Assembly: GCA_010909165.1 (NCBI GenBank)
Contig: MU008161.1
Coordinates: forward strand, 930,001-994,000
Source: Anthoceros angustus
Lineage: Eukaryota; Plantae; Anthocerotophyta
Length of the DNA: 64,000 bases
Reading direction: 5' to 3'
Shown here: positions 60,949 through 64,000 of the stretch, one piece after another
Position numbering within the stretch: position 1 is the first letter of the stretch
Layout of the letters: the number at the start of each line of letters is the position of its first letter
The notes under the pieces: model-generated
What the model saw: the letters and a program-made list of their open reading frames with translations, nothing else
What the model was told of the DNA's origin: nothing
Database searches by the model: none
Position numbers and translations under genes: made by a program

Positions 60949-62287
60949 TCACAAGAACCTGTCTAAGTACTTATCGACTGTGATGTACTGCACCTCGGGG
61001 TACAGCTGCGTTGCTTCTACCGCATCAGCAGGCACTTCGAAGCTGGTTTGATCTCCCTTGACGAAAAGAGAGTAGAGAAAAGCGGTGAAAATGTCGGCAG
61101 GAAAAGAGGACTCTGAGAGCCAGGTGGACCAAGCTTAGGGTGGAAACATGAAGAAGGTGCTGAGGTACGAGAGGGTAAAGAAAATTCTTACCGTTCACCC
61201 GCTTCAAGACGTCCTGTTCTTCCAGGTGGGTCTTCTCCAAGTGAAGCCCGGATTTCTTCTCCCACAGCTCCACCAGCTCCAGATGACTCAGTTTATTGCT
61301 GGCGGGCCTGATGTAGAGCACCTTGTTCTCAGCTCTGGGGTCGACCGCAGCCCTGACTGTGTAGCTTGCGATGTCCTCTTCCTCCACAAAAAAAGCTGCA
61401 CGACGGTTGGATCCCGACGTGGTTCAGCGTGAGCGGCCTGCCTGCCTGGCTTGAGCATATCATGGGCGAGGGTACGCGGTGACAGACCTTTGGCGTGGCC
61501 GTAGATCACGGCCTTGTCTTTAGGTGGTGCGGTGAGACCGTCTTGAGACAGGCTGGCCACAAAGAAGCCTTGAAAGGTGTTGCTGACAACGAAGGTGTAG
61601 GGCAGCCCTGACGCCTTCACCGCCTCCCGAATCTCAAGCTTGGCTCGCACCAGGGGTTGTCTGGGAGGCAGAGCAGTGGTTCTGGCGAAGTCGTCTCCAA
61701 ACTCCGAAGGAAGAAACCTCTGCATCCACGACACACCTTGAGACGGAGCCTAGCTGGTGGTGAACGCCACTCCACTGCCAGCACACTCAACAATCCTTTC
61801 ACAGGACTCCCAGGACTTGCTCCCTTCACCTTGATGTTTCCCACTTGCTTGGCAGCCTCAATCAGCTTCAGCTGCTGCTTGGTGATGTCGACCATGCTCT
61901 TCACCTCAGCTCCGAATCCTCCTACAAGGGAAATCACCACGTCCACTTGCTTCAACGCTTGGATCAAGCTCCCGTGGTCGTCCAAATCCCCCTGCCAAAA
62001 CCCCAGCCCGCTTCAAAACCCTGCTGCACCGCCAGGCGCATGCCATCACCTACAATGCCAGTGAAACGCGTTTCAAGTCATCCTGGAGTAACCAGCAGAA
62101 AAGTGACTCCAGCCTCTTCCAGGTCCCGCCGCACCGGGGCTTTTGCGGGATCCGAGAGGGAGGAAGGCCGGACGAGGGCGAAGGTAGGATGCCCCAGCTT
62201 CGCGCTGGCCAAGGAAATGTAGCGGCCAACGTATCCTGTGGCTCCAACTACCAGTATTTTGTCCGCCTTCTCCGAGCCCTGCCCCAT
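60949..62287 (-). CDS. Isoflavone reductase-like / PCBER-like NmrA-family reductase, 5 exons, apparently intact
   Basis: KILVVGATGYVG (NADPH binding), GDLDDHGSL..ALKQVDVVIS, RFLPSEFG, K(LEIR)EAVKASGLPYT, EEDIASYT, KGDQTSFE, LYPEVQYITVDKYL*. Confidence 0.9.
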
Positions 62288-62569
62288 CGCCACCCACTTG
62301 AATGCCTTCCGGATGTGATGCCGAGTTGTCGAATGCTCCCGTGAGATTGTTCAGCGCAGTTCATGAGAAGCCTGCCATGTAATCGCGACAGGGAACTCCG
62401 AGACACGACATTGCATCGAGTGTGCACCCGGCAGTAAACTTCACCAGGCTGCTGGAATCGCAGACGCTCAACATCACCACAAAGGTAAATGCGGCGTTTG
62501 AAGAATCTTGAATATAGTCTTCTATAAAAACCTCGTCCAACTGGCTCAGGCCAAATGGACATAAATGGA

Positions 62570-62760
62570 CAAACGACTTTCTCTTTCGGTCGTGCGGTGA
62601 GACGTCTTGGCCACAAAGAACGAGGCACTGAACGATGAAGGTGTAGGGCAGCCCCGACGCCTTCACCGCCTCCCGACTCTCCAGCGTGGCTCGAACCAGG
62701 GTATCTTTGGGAGGTAGAGCAGTGGTTCTAGCGAAGACATGTCCAAACTCTGAAGGAACC
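62570..62760 (-). pseudogene. Isolated IRL exon-3 fragment
   Basis: PSEFGHVFARTTALPPKDTLVRATLESREAVKASGLPYTFIV, near-identical to 61590-61720. Confidence 0.85.
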
Positions 62761-62954
62761 TCATTGGTTCTCATGTTTTGCTGTGCTTGGGATGGAAGGC
62801 AGGCCGGATGGCAGTTCAGATGTAGCAACATGAGAGGATGGGTCATGTCTGCTGATTGTGGTGGTGTTATTGTTTGCTCCAAAGCCCGCTCCTCTGCACA
62901 CAACAACTGAAGTGGAGAAGTGCACTCAGAAACCGGTGAACGAGTACGCCCATA

Positions 62955-63217
62955 TGCTGGCTCACGCTACTCCGCCTCTTCCAAAGTTCTTAGGGTACAT
63001 TACGTGAATTTGTCTGTGGTTGGTACGGTTCGGAGATGGGGAACAAGTGCCCTCTGTAGTCAGAAGAGAGCTGGAAAAGCTGCTAAGGTGGCTCGGGCTT
63101 GTGCACCAATATGGTCATACGATCGACAATGTTGCGCTCATTGTCACGGGAACTCTGCATAAACGGGATTTGCGGGAGCTTCTGGAGAAGTGTCATCCAC
63201 TGAACATGTTTGACAGG
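62955..63217 (+). pseudogene. VHA-d: V-ATPase subunit d gene fragment (two exons)
   Basis: LAHATPPLPKFLGYIT|gt and YGHTIDNVALIVTGTLHKRDLRELLEKCHPLNMFD|gtgag. The rest of the gene is not seen. Confidence 0.75.
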
Positions 63218-63689
63218 TGAGAAGCTGTTGCGGAGATGAAGTATTTGAGTCATTCTGTGGGACTTGGGTCTCTTTGATGGACTTCAGTGCCCCTGATGCA
63301 GTATTGGAACCCTGGCAATTGCTCAAAACAGGTGAGAACTGTGCCGCTTGGTGTTTGAGGGTTTCCCATCTTATGTGGATTCAGGGGTGCTCAGAAGTCA
63401 CGCATTCATGACGGCATACTGCTGATATTCTGAAGGCTGATGAAGTCATCGGCATCGTGATGATACGTTCGCATTTCTTTACTTTTCTGGGTATAAGGCA
63501 AGAAGAGAATTGTACGCCTCCTTCAAAGTTATGGAAGTCATTCACGTGCCCCCTCTTGCAAAGCTTGTTAATTCAAGAGCCATATGCCAAAGCCACTTTC
63601 CCCGCAAGCACACAACTCACAAAGAGAGTCCAACGCTGCACTTCCATCCACCTCCATCTCATCCTCCAGGTCCTCCAGGATAAGATAAA

Positions 63690-63915
63690 CGAATTTGCTT
63701 TTCCCGTTCATGTCGTTCCTTTGAGTCCCTTCGTCCCCTCGCGTCAAACAGTTTGTCTTCAAGATATCGCAGTCTACTCCACAGAGCACAGCACGAGAAG
63801 GAGCCATGCTGACAACAGCTGGCAACAGGCCCTTATAAAGAGAAGTAAATCCCTGTGTCATCTGCGAGGCACATCCAACACCACTGCTGTGGCCCTGCAG
63901 CGCCATATGGAACAC
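63690..63915 (-). pseudogene. Mitochondrial carrier (Brittle1-like family) gene fragment
   Basis: QGFTSLYKGLLPAVVSMAPSRAVLCGV-CDILK resembles the carrier repeat GFxSLYKGLxPxxxSMAPxxAVxYGVYDILK. Degenerate. Confidence 0.65.
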
Positions 63916-64000
63916 CTAGCCGAAATGCCCACACCGGGAAGAAATGCCCGCCCCTTCCTTCCATCTTGGACCCGGAATCAGGCTCCGCCCCCACTGTCAC

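Overview
Eukaryotic nuclear DNA from a compact, short-intron plant genome. A DZIP1-like ciliary gene and the plant orthologues point to a seed-free land plant with flagellated sperm (hornwort- or lycophyte-like; inference). 1-19 kb is gene-dense: DZIP1-like, an unknown gene, a PPR-SMR protein, mRNA capping enzyme, CDK5RAP3/C53, and an intronless SLBP (histone stem-loop-binding) domain gene with E2F-type promoter sites. About 19-21 kb and 51.6-64 kb hold tandemly duplicated isoflavone-reductase-like (IRL/NmrA) units, a phi-class GST and gene fragments. A ~30 kb transposon nest separates these duplicates and a copia element interrupts the right one. Main result: a 23.9 kb segment (27666-51528; ~15.8 kb without a nested copia) is bounded by a perfect 23-bp inverted repeat. 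It carries a Sola-type transposase on + and, divergently on -, a long frameshifted ORF with a ParB/Srx-like domain followed by a beta-class (bacterial-type N6A/N4C) DNA methyltransferase, plus other unresolved cargo. This looks like a giant DNA transposon encoding its own DNA-modifying enzyme. All family assignments are by-eye motif recognition. Repeat regions are full of 1-2 bp indels that may partly be assembly error. No rRNA, tRNA or CRISPR array was seen.
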